The notes under the pieces are model-generated. The model saw only the letters and a program-made list of their open reading frames with translations, made no database searches and was not told the origin of the DNA. A program made the translations under genes and the position numbers. From the sequence record NC_017972.1: 64,000 bases of DNA, one strand, 5' to 3'. Positions 45,094 to 54,423 of this stretch are shown here, one piece after another (within the stretch, counting starts at the first letter, position 1; every line of letters begins with the position of its first letter).

Positions 45094-46165
45094 GGCGTGC
45101 TTCCTGAATAGTTTTCTCTAAGATCGCAATGTCTCTTGCGAGTTCGAGCGACATTTTGCCGTCAAACATTTGCAGCAAAATATCGCGGTGTTGCGCAGCA
45201 GGGCGTAGGAAATTCAGCTGCTGATAACAAGCCATCAGCATGTGGTGGCCCCACGAATCCTGATAGAAATAATCCTCGTAGATCATGTCATAGTCAGGAC
45301 GTTCAACTTCCAGCATTGATTTCACGTAGGCAATGCAGTGTTCGTATTTCTTGTGTTGGAAATAGTACAGTGCAAGGTGGCCGTAGGATTCGCGGATGTT
45401 GTCGCAATGCTGAATTGCGTGGCGATACCACCACTCAGCGGTTTTGAAATCATCGCGATTCATGTAGGCAATTCGGCGGCAGCTTTCAGCGCGGAAAGGC
45501 GCAACCTCTTCGATATCCACATGTGTTTTATACAGCGGCTCAGCCATCTGGTAATTGCCCATACCGAAGTATTCGCGGGCGAGATACTGCACGCAGCGGG
45601 CGTCGTTTGGATTCTCTTCGTATGCCAGTTTCAGCAGGTCGAGATAATGCCCGGCGTCTTTCCGTTCCCCGTAGTGAACACACAGGAAAGAAATTGTCGG
45701 ATGTTTTTCGCTTACGTCGGGAACCAACAGCTCATGAATTGGGTATTGCCATGCCGCACGCTTGGGCCGGTGGATCGCCATGCGTGGGTAGGAACAGAGG
45801 ATATTTCCCTGCGCGTCATGCTCGTAAACAAGCGTGTAATTAGCGGCAGTCATTTCCTCGGTAAATTCGCTTTCGATAGCGGAGCGCCAATGCGACTCGA
45901 AACGCTCGTCGAAATCGAGGGAGACACAAACGTCATAGTCTGCGGGGATCAGCGATGCAGCTTCATTGCGGGCGTGGTCAAAACGGAAAGTTTTTCCGGT
46001 GTGCATCTGGTGAACGGTAACGCCCAGCTCGCGCAAGGCGTTAACCGTGCCGTCTCTGCTACCAGTGTCCAATACAAAAATGCCGTCTGCATCTTTGACG
46101 TTTTCGTACCAGTCAGCAACGTTTTCAACTTCGTTTAGTGCAATAGCATAAACGGCAATTTTCAT
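45065..46165 (-). CDS. GT2 glycosyltransferase with C-terminal TPR repeats
   Basis: VYAIALNE, VLDTGSRDGT, FDHARN, SLDFDE, IHE; C-terminal helical repeats (YLAREY, WYRHAI, YGHLALYY). Confidence 0.85.
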   Translation of the reverse strand: MKIAVYAIALNEVENVADWYENVKDADGIFVLDTGSRDGTVNALRELGVTVHQMHTGKTFRFDHARNEAASLIPADYDVCVSLDFDERFESHWRSAIESEFTEEMTAANYTLVYEHDAQGNILCSYPRMAIHRPKRAAWQYPIHELLVPDVSEKHPTISFLCVHYGERKDAGHYLDLLKLAYEENPNDARCVQYLAREYFGMGNYQMAEPLYKTHVDIEEVAPFRAESCRRIAYMNRDDFKTAEWWYRHAIQHCDNIRESYGHLALYYFQHKKYEHCIAYVKSMLEVERPDYDMIYEDYFYQDSWGHHMLMACYQQLNFLRPAAQHRDILLQMFDGKMSLELARDIAILEKTIQEARHVYLDSMGV

Positions 46166-46482
46166 CAGGCTACTCGCTCAGCTTTCGGGATAGATTCGAG
46201 AATGGTTTTGACCAGTTCCAGCGCACCGTCATCGGAAGGCGGGAACATATGCTTAGGCCATTCAACCGCTGCATAATCATTGGTTTTTACGTCGGCGATA
46301 AACCAGCTTGGGTTTTGAGTCAGGGTCAAAACTGCAAGGCCGTTATGTTCGCCGTAAATCATCAGACTCAGACGCGTAGGCATATCCGCCTTGGCGCCAT
46401 GCTCAACGATTTTTACGTCTAGGTCTGTTCGTAGATGCTTTTGGATATAGGCTACGGTTTGGGACATGGGTTTAGATTCCAT
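46165..46482 (-). CDS. hypothetical protein
   Basis: ORF coupled to the GT gene (TGATG). Confidence 0.65.
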   Translation of the reverse strand: MESKPMSQTVAYIQKHLRTDLDVKIVEHGAKADMPTRLSLMIYGEHNGLAVLTLTQNPSWFIADVKTNDYAAVEWPKHMFPPSDDGALELVKTILESIPKAERVA

Positions 46483-48430
46483 ATTTCTTTCTAAAGTCTG
46501 CGATTGGGATAATCGGAATGTCCAGCTTGTTCGCCTCTGCGGTCTTGTTATTAGACGCATTTTTGTCTTTCACAATCAGCAGTGTGGCCTGCTTAACCGT
46601 CGAGGCAATTTTCCCGCCGTTTGCGACAATCCAATCTTGTGCCTGTTGGTCGCGCACGGAAGTAAACAGTACAGCTTGATCCTTCATTTTAGAACCCGTT
46701 ACCGCTTTCTTTTCCTGCACAACCAATGTGATGCCGTTACGTCGCAGGAACTTCGCAAACACTTTGAAGTTCTCTGCGATTTGTGTAGCCAATTCTTTGA
46801 AGCCGCGCACGTTGCGAATCATACGGTCGAGGTCGCGAACGGTCGTGGTTTCTGCGGCTGCAATTTCCAGAATATCAGGGATCGCTTCGATTAACGCAGT
46901 AATGCGTTTCTCGCCGATGCCTTCACCGAATGCAGCAGAACCGCGTGCCACGTTCAAGAATGTCATCTTGCTTTTCGTGGTTTGCAGATTCTTGTGAAGC
47001 TCTTTTGCGCTGCGCTCTGCGTAGCCGGGCAACGCCAGAATATCCTGCACTTTCAAGCGCAGAATTTTCTTCACCGTGTCGTAACCAGCGTCAACCAATT
47101 TAGTGACCACGCCTTGCTTAACACCGTCGATTTCCAGCACGGTAAAGAAGTGAGTCAATTCCTTGATTGTTCGCAGGCTGGATTTCCCTTCCTCATGCAC
47201 CGCATACAGGAACGCACCTTTGCGCACAAATGGAACATCGGGAACAGCTGGCGCACGGGCCGCTTTCACAACTTCCATAATGTACGGAATTACATCACCG
47301 GAACGCACGGCACGAATGACCGCACCCTTGCCAAGTGGACGTGGTTTGTATGGAGGTTTCCCGCCATTCTTTTTCACGTCTTCGCGGCTATAACCGTTCT
47401 CGATATATTCGTAGTTGTGCGCAGTGAAACTGGTCACTTCTACGCCGCCAATAATGGTCGGATCGATCTTGATAACCTGCGTGATTTTTCCAAGGCGCGA
47501 CTCTTCAAAAACAACATCCACAACTTCGACCAGCACGGAGGAAGCGAGGCTGTTAATCTTGAACGCGTAGGAGTGCGTCGGGTAGCCGCCAGTGATTTTG
47601 TACGGAACGTTTTGGGTAACAACAATCCCGTCAATATCGCGACCGGCATCGCCTTTACGCTGGTCGTGAAATTCGGCCAGAATATCAGCAGTGATTTTCT
47701 TCACCACCATATGCGGCACAACATCGAACTTCCATTTCTCCAGCAAAGCGAGCTGCTCATTCAGCGGCTGGCCTGCGCCTTTGCCTTTCAGAATCTCATA
47801 GCAAACCACACGAAATCGTTTCATGTGAGGATTCGCTTCGTTTCGATTCAGCAGACCTGCGCCCATGTTACGGGAAGTCTTGTAGTCAGAGGCAAAGTAT
47901 TTCTGGAATACCGCTTTGTCTGCCGTGAATTCCGCACGCACGATCAGGCGACCTTTGTACGAAATGTTTTTCGGCAGCTTGAGGTATTTTAGTGCTTTAG
48001 AAACGTCTTTGCCGACCACACCGGTTTTACCCCGCGTAGTCAGCAAAATTGGATTGCCGTCTAGGTACGTAACGGCCAAGGAAATTCCGTCTTCCTTGTC
48101 CGATATTGTATAGCTGGACGCCTTCATAAATGCGTGCTGCTTCACCGGGCTAAGTGTGTGGAACTTATCCAGCGAAGACATTGGAACTTCTAGATCAATA
48201 TCGACGTTTTTGGAACCGCCAACATCCTTTGCTGTCTTTTTCTTTTTGGAAATCGACCAACGATAATCGTCCATGATATCGTAAGCTTCATCGCTCAGAA
48301 CTTCTTTGCCTTCGCGATAGCGCGTATCCAGCTCTTCCAGTACCGCATTCAATTCAGCGAGCGGCAACGATTGTGCAAACTTGAGGGGTTCACGCTTCAT
48401 TGCCCGCTTTTGTTCCAGCGTAAATTTCAT
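46472..48430 (-). CDS. ligA: NAD+-dependent DNA ligase
   Basis: Y..G..VLSDEAYD (domain Ia), KEDG, DGIVV, AFK, RSGDVIPYI, HhH repeats, C-terminal BRCT. Confidence 0.92.
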   Translation of the reverse strand: MKFTLEQKRAMKREPLKFAQSLPLAELNAVLEELDTRYREGKEVLSDEAYDIMDDYRWSISKKKKTAKDVGGSKNVDIDLEVPMSSLDKFHTLSPVKQHAFMKASSYTISDKEDGISLAVTYLDGNPILLTTRGKTGVVGKDVSKALKYLKLPKNISYKGRLIVRAEFTADKAVFQKYFASDYKTSRNMGAGLLNRNEANPHMKRFRVVCYEILKGKGAGQPLNEQLALLEKWKFDVVPHMVVKKITADILAEFHDQRKGDAGRDIDGIVVTQNVPYKITGGYPTHSYAFKINSLASSVLVEVVDVVFEESRLGKITQVIKIDPTIIGGVEVTSFTAHNYEYIENGYSREDVKKNGGKPPYKPRPLGKGAVIRAVRSGDVIPYIMEVVKAARAPAVPDVPFVRKGAFLYAVHEEGKSSLRTIKELTHFFTVLEIDGVKQGVVTKLVDAGYDTVKKILRLKVQDILALPGYAERSAKELHKNLQTTKSKMTFLNVARGSAAFGEGIGEKRITALIEAIPDILEIAAAETTTVRDLDRMIRNVRGFKELATQIAENFKVFAKFLRRNGITLVVQEKKAVTGSKMKDQAVLFTSVRDQQAQDWIVANGGKIASTVKQATLLIVKDKNASNNKTAEANKLDIPIIPIADFRKKYGI

Positions 48431-49704
48431 AGACGTTTTCCGGCGCTCATTTCAAGGTCTGCCGCTTTGGTCATAACCTTATCCAGCTCTTCGCCAACAA
48501 GGGTACGGCCCGGCGTTACGGATTTCATATTGCGCAAGTCTTCCATTGCTGGCACGTTGTAATGCCGCAATGCTTTCGACTCTTCGTTATACAGCAGGAG
48601 GATATCGGTCAAACCGTTTTCCTCAATGGAAACGACAACCCATTCATCACCTTTTTTCGTGGTGAGAACCAAACCTTCGTGGGCCATTACAGACTCAGGA
48701 TCGTCAACGATTTCACCCTCTTCGTCAACCTCTTGGTCCTTATGGTAATCCATTTCAGGATCGTCTTCGATTTCGTCGTCCTCTTCCTCATTATTTACAG
48801 TATTGTCGTCATAATACTCAAGCTCTTCGTCCTCAACATCAGGCGTCGGATTGAGCAATTCTTCCTCTTCTTCGTCCTCGAAATCAAACTCTTCATCCAT
48901 GTCCACGTAGTCGTAAGTGGAAACGAGCGGTTTGATTCGCGCTGCGTGGTCGGAGTCGCTGGTGCCATCGCTGGTTTTTCCAACGTGTTCCTTTTCCACA
49001 TTGTATTTTTTCGGGATACGAATGCGGCGCGAGGGACGCTCTACCTTGCTGTCGATATCTGCAAAGGTGACAATACCTTTTTGCTGTTGGGCAGCGTGCT
49101 GAATATCAGAGTTGTTCGTGATGGTTTCGTACAGGTCGTGCGAAATGTTGATGCGTTCCTCGGTTGGCAGGATCAGGTATCCGCCGTGCGATTTACGCGA
49201 GTATCGCATACCGATCACATCGCCTTCATGCAAAGGCTTGCGACTTGCTTTGTGTGTTTTCGTGTAGACTGGCGTGGTGCGCATAACGCGGCGCCACTGG
49301 TAATCCGCACGGTCGTAGCTGTCGGTTTCGCGTGGGCTTTTTGGTGCTACCCAAAATTGCGATTCCAGTTTGTCGTTTGCCAGTTTCGCTTTGCGCATGG
49401 GCGAATAGCGCTGGCCTTCTTTTTTGGGTTTATCCGGCGTACCAGTGTAGTCTTTGAACTGGTGGATAAATTCCTTGATCGTCTCTTCCTTGATCGCCCG
49501 GTAAACCTTTTGCGGATACTTGGCGAGAACTACCTGATATGCCCCGGTCGTAGGGCCGCGTGTGGCCTTGCGAAAACCAATCAAATCATCAGGATCAACA
49601 GTAACAGGCGTGCCGTCCAAATCCAGCTTGAACGATTTACCTGCGTTGTACATCCATTCAAATTGTTTGAAATCCGCCGCCGCTGCTGCTAGGGAAATAA
49701 TCAT
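48427..49704 (-). CDS. putative virion/internal protein with acidic region (N-terminus MIISLAAAAA)
   Basis: 425 aa; basic N-half, long D/E tract. Confidence 0.65.
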   Translation of the reverse strand: MIISLAAAAADFKQFEWMYNAGKSFKLDLDGTPVTVDPDDLIGFRKATRGPTTGAYQVVLAKYPQKVYRAIKEETIKEFIHQFKDYTGTPDKPKKEGQRYSPMRKAKLANDKLESQFWVAPKSPRETDSYDRADYQWRRVMRTTPVYTKTHKASRKPLHEGDVIGMRYSRKSHGGYLILPTEERINISHDLYETITNNSDIQHAAQQQKGIVTFADIDSKVERPSRRIRIPKKYNVEKEHVGKTSDGTSDSDHAARIKPLVSTYDYVDMDEEFDFEDEEEEELLNPTPDVEDEELEYYDDNTVNNEEEDDEIEDDPEMDYHKDQEVDEEGEIVDDPESVMAHEGLVLTTKKGDEWVVVSIEENGLTDILLLYNEESKALRHYNVPAMEDLRNMKSVTPGRTLVGEELDKVMTKAADLEMSAGKRL

Positions 49705-51353
49705 ACTACTTCAATCTCTTTTATGGCGGACACGGTTTCATGCTGCAACGTATAGAAAACGTAGAGCACACGTTTACCCGGAACCGTGGCAGTCACCATA
49801 CCGAAATCGATATTCACATCGGTTTCACTAACCCACTTGGCGTTTACTGGGCGCTCAGAACCATCGCTGAATTTTGCGTTAGCGGTGAACTGGGTCGGGG
49901 TATCTGCACGAATGGCATCAGGACCGTCGATGGAAATCGAAATTGGGTAAATGGTAACGTCGATAATGACCAGCGGCAGCGAAGCGCTCAGCGGGACTCC
50001 CGAAATCGAAGTCGAAGCGCTAACCACAAGCTCTGCCGTTTCCATTACCTGCTCTGCATACAGCACACCAGACGGAGTAATCGTCGCAATGTTTTCGTTC
50101 GACAAACTCCAATTTGCAGGCAATACCGAATCGGTGCCGTCCGCGTAAACAACGTGGAATTTCAGCGATTGGTATTCGCCAACGTACATCGGGCTTCGCA
50201 GCTCGATATAGCAGGACACAGGCGCCACCGGAGACGGAACAATATCCACGGTTTTATATGCGACAATATCGCCGTATTCCGCCATCAGGTTTACAGGGAT
50301 TTCCCCGCTCACTTGAGAGGCTGCGTAGAACTGGTTTCCTTCAATGCGGCCAGCAATCGAAGAGGTCTGAATTCTCGCGTTAACCGCCTTGCGGGTGCCG
50401 TTGCTGAAAACCAATGTCGTGTAATACTGCACGACCAAACCTTCACGCACTCGCGCAGGCCCTTCAATCTCCAGCGAAACGGGGCGAACAGTAATGTCCA
50501 CTACGCTCAATTGCAGCGAGGCGCTAATGGGCAAATCGTCGTAAACGTAAGTGCCGATAATTGTGGTGTCTTCCACGGAATCAACAGAGGCCGCGACAAA
50601 GTTTCCGTTACAGTCAATCGCGCCCGCTTTTGGATTCGTGTTGAACCACGATGCCTGTACTTCCCGATGCTTGTTATTGTCGAACAAAACATCCAATGCA
50701 AATTTCGCACAACCACGCTCCACCAAAACGGCAGGGCCGTGCATGGATGCGCTAACTGGATAAATGGACGAATCCACAACCAGTACATCAATGTGCGCAT
50801 TTGCAGTTACAGAACCCACGGTGTAAGTGGCGGTGAAACGCACCGACGCACTACCGCGAATTTTCAGAAAATGAGCCACACCATTTACGCCAACGGTGGC
50901 AATAGATGGGCGGTTAGAAGCAAACGACGTTGGTGTAACTTGCCGCACAGTCCCGTCGCTAAAACGTGCGTTTACAACATAAATGCCTTCGCTATTCCGC
51001 GCTACTTCTTTTTCGCCAGTGATGGTGATAGACGTTAAGGTCGCTGGCGTATCAACGTCGCGCACCACAACAATTGTGTTTGCCGTCAGGAAAGTGCCAG
51101 TTTCTTCATGAAAATATTGGCCATTAACCTGCACGTTACGGGTGCCACTGGATACAGTACCTGCGGTAAACAATCCGGTAGAACTAACCGATCCATATTG
51201 GCTGTTCGGCACGGACCAAACGGTATCGTTTTCCACATAAACTTTTGAGTTGTCGTCAAAAGTCAGCAGTGCCCGCATTTGAAACGTTAAGCGTTCTGGA
51301 ATAGGCGCATCAGGTCCGACCAAATCCAGTTGTACCGGCCATAATTCTGCCAT
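49701..51353 (-). CDS. Ig-like (Big_2-type) repeat virion protein
   Basis: ~5-6 repeats of P.S..I.GP..V...W......A.I...G; start at ATG 51353 with GGAG. Confidence 0.75.
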   Translation of the reverse strand: MAELWPVQLDLVGPDAPIPERLTFQMRALLTFDDNSKVYVENDTVWSVPNSQYGSVSSTGLFTAGTVSSGTRNVQVNGQYFHEETGTFLTANTIVVVRDVDTPATLTSITITGEKEVARNSEGIYVVNARFSDGTVRQVTPTSFASNRPSIATVGVNGVAHFLKIRGSASVRFTATYTVGSVTANAHIDVLVVDSSIYPVSASMHGPAVLVERGCAKFALDVLFDNNKHREVQASWFNTNPKAGAIDCNGNFVAASVDSVEDTTIIGTYVYDDLPISASLQLSVVDITVRPVSLEIEGPARVREGLVVQYYTTLVFSNGTRKAVNARIQTSSIAGRIEGNQFYAASQVSGEIPVNLMAEYGDIVAYKTVDIVPSPVAPVSCYIELRSPMYVGEYQSLKFHVVYADGTDSVLPANWSLSNENIATITPSGVLYAEQVMETAELVVSASTSISGVPLSASLPLVIIDVTIYPISISIDGPDAIRADTPTQFTANAKFSDGSERPVNAKWVSETDVNIDFGMVTATVPGKRVLYVFYTLQHETVSAIKEIEVV

Positions 51354-51375
51354 GACTTTTTCTCCGCAAACGAGA

Positions 51376-51407
51376 AAAAGCTGGCTACTCGAAAGTAGCC
51401 AGCTTTT
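51376..51407. terminator. 14-bp TTCG-loop terminator between the two Ig genes
   Basis: aaaagctggctact-TTCG-agtagccagctttt followed by T. Confidence 0.85.
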
Positions 51408-51412
51408 CACCC

Positions 51413-53761
51413 TTAAACGTAACGGATGGAGTGGTTATCGGTACGCGGGCTGAACTGGGCTGTGGTAGTAGCAGCACTACGCACAATAATCCAATCCTGC
51501 ATACCGTTACCGTCGTCGTATTGCACGGTCATGGTTTTCGGCAGGTTCGCATCGTAGCCCGGCAGGCCTTCGTTGTTACCCAGCAAATCAGTGCGATACA
51601 TAATACCGTCAAAGGTAACTTGGAAACCGTTTGCCAAGTCGATAATGAACGTACCGCCTGCGGACTTCGGCCACATCAAGTAGATATAATCATCCACTTC
51701 AATTGTGGTCGTGATAGTTTTCGCAGCATCGCCCGGTTTCAGGTCAAGAGTATTAGTCATGACTTTCGACACGAAATCATTCAGGCCAGTCCAACGGGTA
51801 TACGGACGCCCGGTGGAATCCAGATTTGCACCCGGCGCATTAGTCAGCGATACGCCATAATCCAATTCTTCCTGAGTGATTTCAGAAGCGATAGGACCGC
51901 CAGTGAATTCACGGTTGCTAAACATCGCAGTACCGTAACGCAGCTGGGGCAATACCGACGCGCCGGTCGCAACAGTGATGGATTTCGCAGCATTAAGGTT
52001 AACGCCGTCTTCACTGTAGGTCGCAACAATGTTGGTATTTCCGTCTGCAACGCCGGTAGCCAGACCGCTAGAGTTAACGGTTGCGGCAGCGGTGTTAGAC
52101 GACGCCCACGACGTTGGGTTTTTAACTTGCGTAGAACCGTCGCCGTAAGTAACGGTGTAGGTGTACTGCGCAGTATTACCAACAGTCAGGCTAGCCAGAC
52201 CAGTTACGGTCGCGGAAACAGGCCAGATTTTGGTGTCGATAATTGCAATGGTTTTCTTCGCGGTAACGGTCAGGCCATTCAAGGTGTAAGACACGTTAAC
52301 TTCTACCGATTTGCTGCCCGGTGCAGTCAGCGGTTTAGCAGTCAGGACGCCGGTTGCAGCGCCAATGGTTGCGTAAGTGCTGGCGGTAACGGACCACGAT
52401 GCGGTTACGTCGGAATTCGTGCCGTCGCTAAATACGACGTGTGCAAGCAGCGTAGTGCTAGCATTTTGATCAACGGAATTTGCGCCGTTAATAACAATCG
52501 AATCCGGGTAAACGTTCGGATCGGTAATGGTCACAGGCAGGGAAGCAGTACGAGTGATTCCGCTGTTAGTGTACGATGCCGAAATAGTGGTTTGTTTATC
52601 GCGAATCTGATTCGGGAACGGAGTCAGCACGCCACCGGTAAACGAACCAGCGCCCGAGTTACTGGACGAGAAAATGTTCGGGGTAACGGTGTTGGACGAA
52701 CCATCCGACCAGTGAGCCAGAACGGTATAAGTACCGGTTTGGTTTTTCTGGAAAGTGGACGGACCAACAATCTCGATATGATCAAGCAGCACAAGGCTAG
52801 GATCACCTTCGATTGTGATAACATAATCCACAAATACAACTTGGCCGCTTTCTTCGTGTTTCCACGATGCGCGAACAGTGACCGGCGTATCAATCGCAAC
52901 CGGGTTAGCGTGGAACACACCGGTATTTGGATTGAGGGTCGCACGCTCTTGGTTATCGCGCAGGGTCCACGTTGCTTGAACGCTGTACAGGTTTTGGCCG
53001 TCGTCCATTACCACGTCAGCGCGCAGAATGTGATTGGAATTTCCTTTCACTTTTTCTACCGGGCCGACAACGGCAATCGAAGCAGGACGTGGGCCGCTGT
53101 AAGCGAATTCAGTAGTCGCAGGCAACCATTCTGCAACAAAGTTTCCGTCTGGCAGCACTTCGGTAATAAACAGCATGGTGCCGTTTGGTGCGTCGGTGCT
53201 TGGAATGGAAACGTATTTATCGGTGCCGTCGCCAGCACTAATCATGGTGCGCGGAATATCCGGGTGCGAATGCGGCGCAGGTTCGCGGGCGTCACTCATA
53301 CGTGGATCATTGTCGCCAACCACAACCGGCTCAGTTTCGCTAGTGGTCGAACCATCAGCGATGAAGAAACCACCAAAACGATCAACCGATGCCAGCGCAG
53401 GACGGAAATCCTGAATTTCACCAACGATTGGGTCAGCTTCTTTTTTGAAATACTGCTCTTCGGTGTAAATCTCTTCAACCGACGACAGTACCGACCACGA
53501 ACCACGATAGTTTTTATCGTCGTATTTTTCTGCGTCAACGCGACGCATCAAAACCTTGTAGTCTTCATGTTCGGGATCAGCGTTGATCCACGAAACGTTG
53601 TAAGGAACAGTCAAGGTATCTGGTTCCAAAAGGGAAACGAGTACGACGAATTGTTTTCCGCCGTACTCTACCAGAATCTCGACCGGGTTTAGGCGAGAAA
53701 GACCGCGATAGTTTTGAGCAATCGCGATTTTCTCGTCAATGAACTCGGCGAGTGTAGGCAT
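51413..53761 (-). CDS. Ig-like repeat virion protein (fiber/whisker candidate)
   Basis: 4 Ig-like repeats (WASSNTAAATVNSSGLATGV), N-terminal domain shared with 53779..54420. Confidence 0.75.
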   Translation of the reverse strand: MPTLAEFIDEKIAIAQNYRGLSRLNPVEILVEYGGKQFVVLVSLLEPDTLTVPYNVSWINADPEHEDYKVLMRRVDAEKYDDKNYRGSWSVLSSVEEIYTEEQYFKKEADPIVGEIQDFRPALASVDRFGGFFIADGSTTSETEPVVVGDNDPRMSDAREPAPHSHPDIPRTMISAGDGTDKYVSIPSTDAPNGTMLFITEVLPDGNFVAEWLPATTEFAYSGPRPASIAVVGPVEKVKGNSNHILRADVVMDDGQNLYSVQATWTLRDNQERATLNPNTGVFHANPVAIDTPVTVRASWKHEESGQVVFVDYVITIEGDPSLVLLDHIEIVGPSTFQKNQTGTYTVLAHWSDGSSNTVTPNIFSSSNSGAGSFTGGVLTPFPNQIRDKQTTISASYTNSGITRTASLPVTITDPNVYPDSIVINGANSVDQNASTTLLAHVVFSDGTNSDVTASWSVTASTYATIGAATGVLTAKPLTAPGSKSVEVNVSYTLNGLTVTAKKTIAIIDTKIWPVSATVTGLASLTVGNTAQYTYTVTYGDGSTQVKNPTSWASSNTAAATVNSSGLATGVADGNTNIVATYSEDGVNLNAAKSITVATGASVLPQLRYGTAMFSNREFTGGPIASEITQEELDYGVSLTNAPGANLDSTGRPYTRWTGLNDFVSKVMTNTLDLKPGDAAKTITTTIEVDDYIYLMWPKSAGGTFIIDLANGFQVTFDGIMYRTDLLGNNEGLPGYDANLPKTMTVQYDDGNGMQDWIIVRSAATTTAQFSPRTDNHSIRYV

Positions 53762-53778
53762 TATTTTCCACCCTGCAA

Positions 53779-54420
53779 TTAACGTTGAATATCGCTGGAA
53801 GTCAGCTGGCGCCATACTGCGTTGCCGCTACCGTTCGATACCAGAGTAGCGCCGACAACTGGGGTCGGGCTATTGCTGATAGAAACAGTAGAATTTTTGG
53901 TTTTGAACATGGTCGCAGGTTTTTCTGCGTGGGTATGTTCGGTAGGCTTACGCGCATCGGAGAGTCGCGGATCGCCTTCACCAACAGCAACAGGAACAGA
54001 ACCAACTTTTGGCGCAACGCTCAGTTTTGCTACGCCCAGCGTGGTGACGGTCGCCGGAGGAACTGGATCATTTTGACTCAGAAGATCGGAATCTTCTTGA
54101 TCATAATATTGATCCACTTCGTACTCGGCCATTGTTTCGATTACTTGCCAAGTGTGAACCGTACCGGCTGCGGCGTCGGCCTGTTTGGAAACGCGGCGGC
54201 GAGCGGCACCGTAGTACGGGCTGGCAGGATTGAAATCGAACCAAATAACGTTAAGCGGCAGGATTTCTTGGTACGGTTCACGCAGCGCAGCCACGTCGCA
54301 ATGAACGCGGCGCACTGTGCTGTTAGAAATGCGGTGAATAATCGGATTGGTTTCATCCATGTTCTGGATGTTGGACAGGACTCGCAGGGAATCCCGAATT
54401 TCTACAAGTTGCTTTTCCAT
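53779..54420 (-). CDS. putative fiber-associated structural protein
   Basis: VGEGDPRLSDARKPTEHTH motif; follows sheath 2. Confidence 0.65.
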   Translation of the reverse strand: MEKQLVEIRDSLRVLSNIQNMDETNPIIHRISNSTVRRVHCDVAALREPYQEILPLNVIWFDFNPASPYYGAARRRVSKQADAAAGTVHTWQVIETMAEYEVDQYYDQEDSDLLSQNDPVPPATVTTLGVAKLSVAPKVGSVPVAVGEGDPRLSDARKPTEHTHAEKPATMFKTKNSTVSISNSPTPVVGATLVSNGSGNAVWRQLTSSDIQR

Positions 54421-54423
54421 GAA

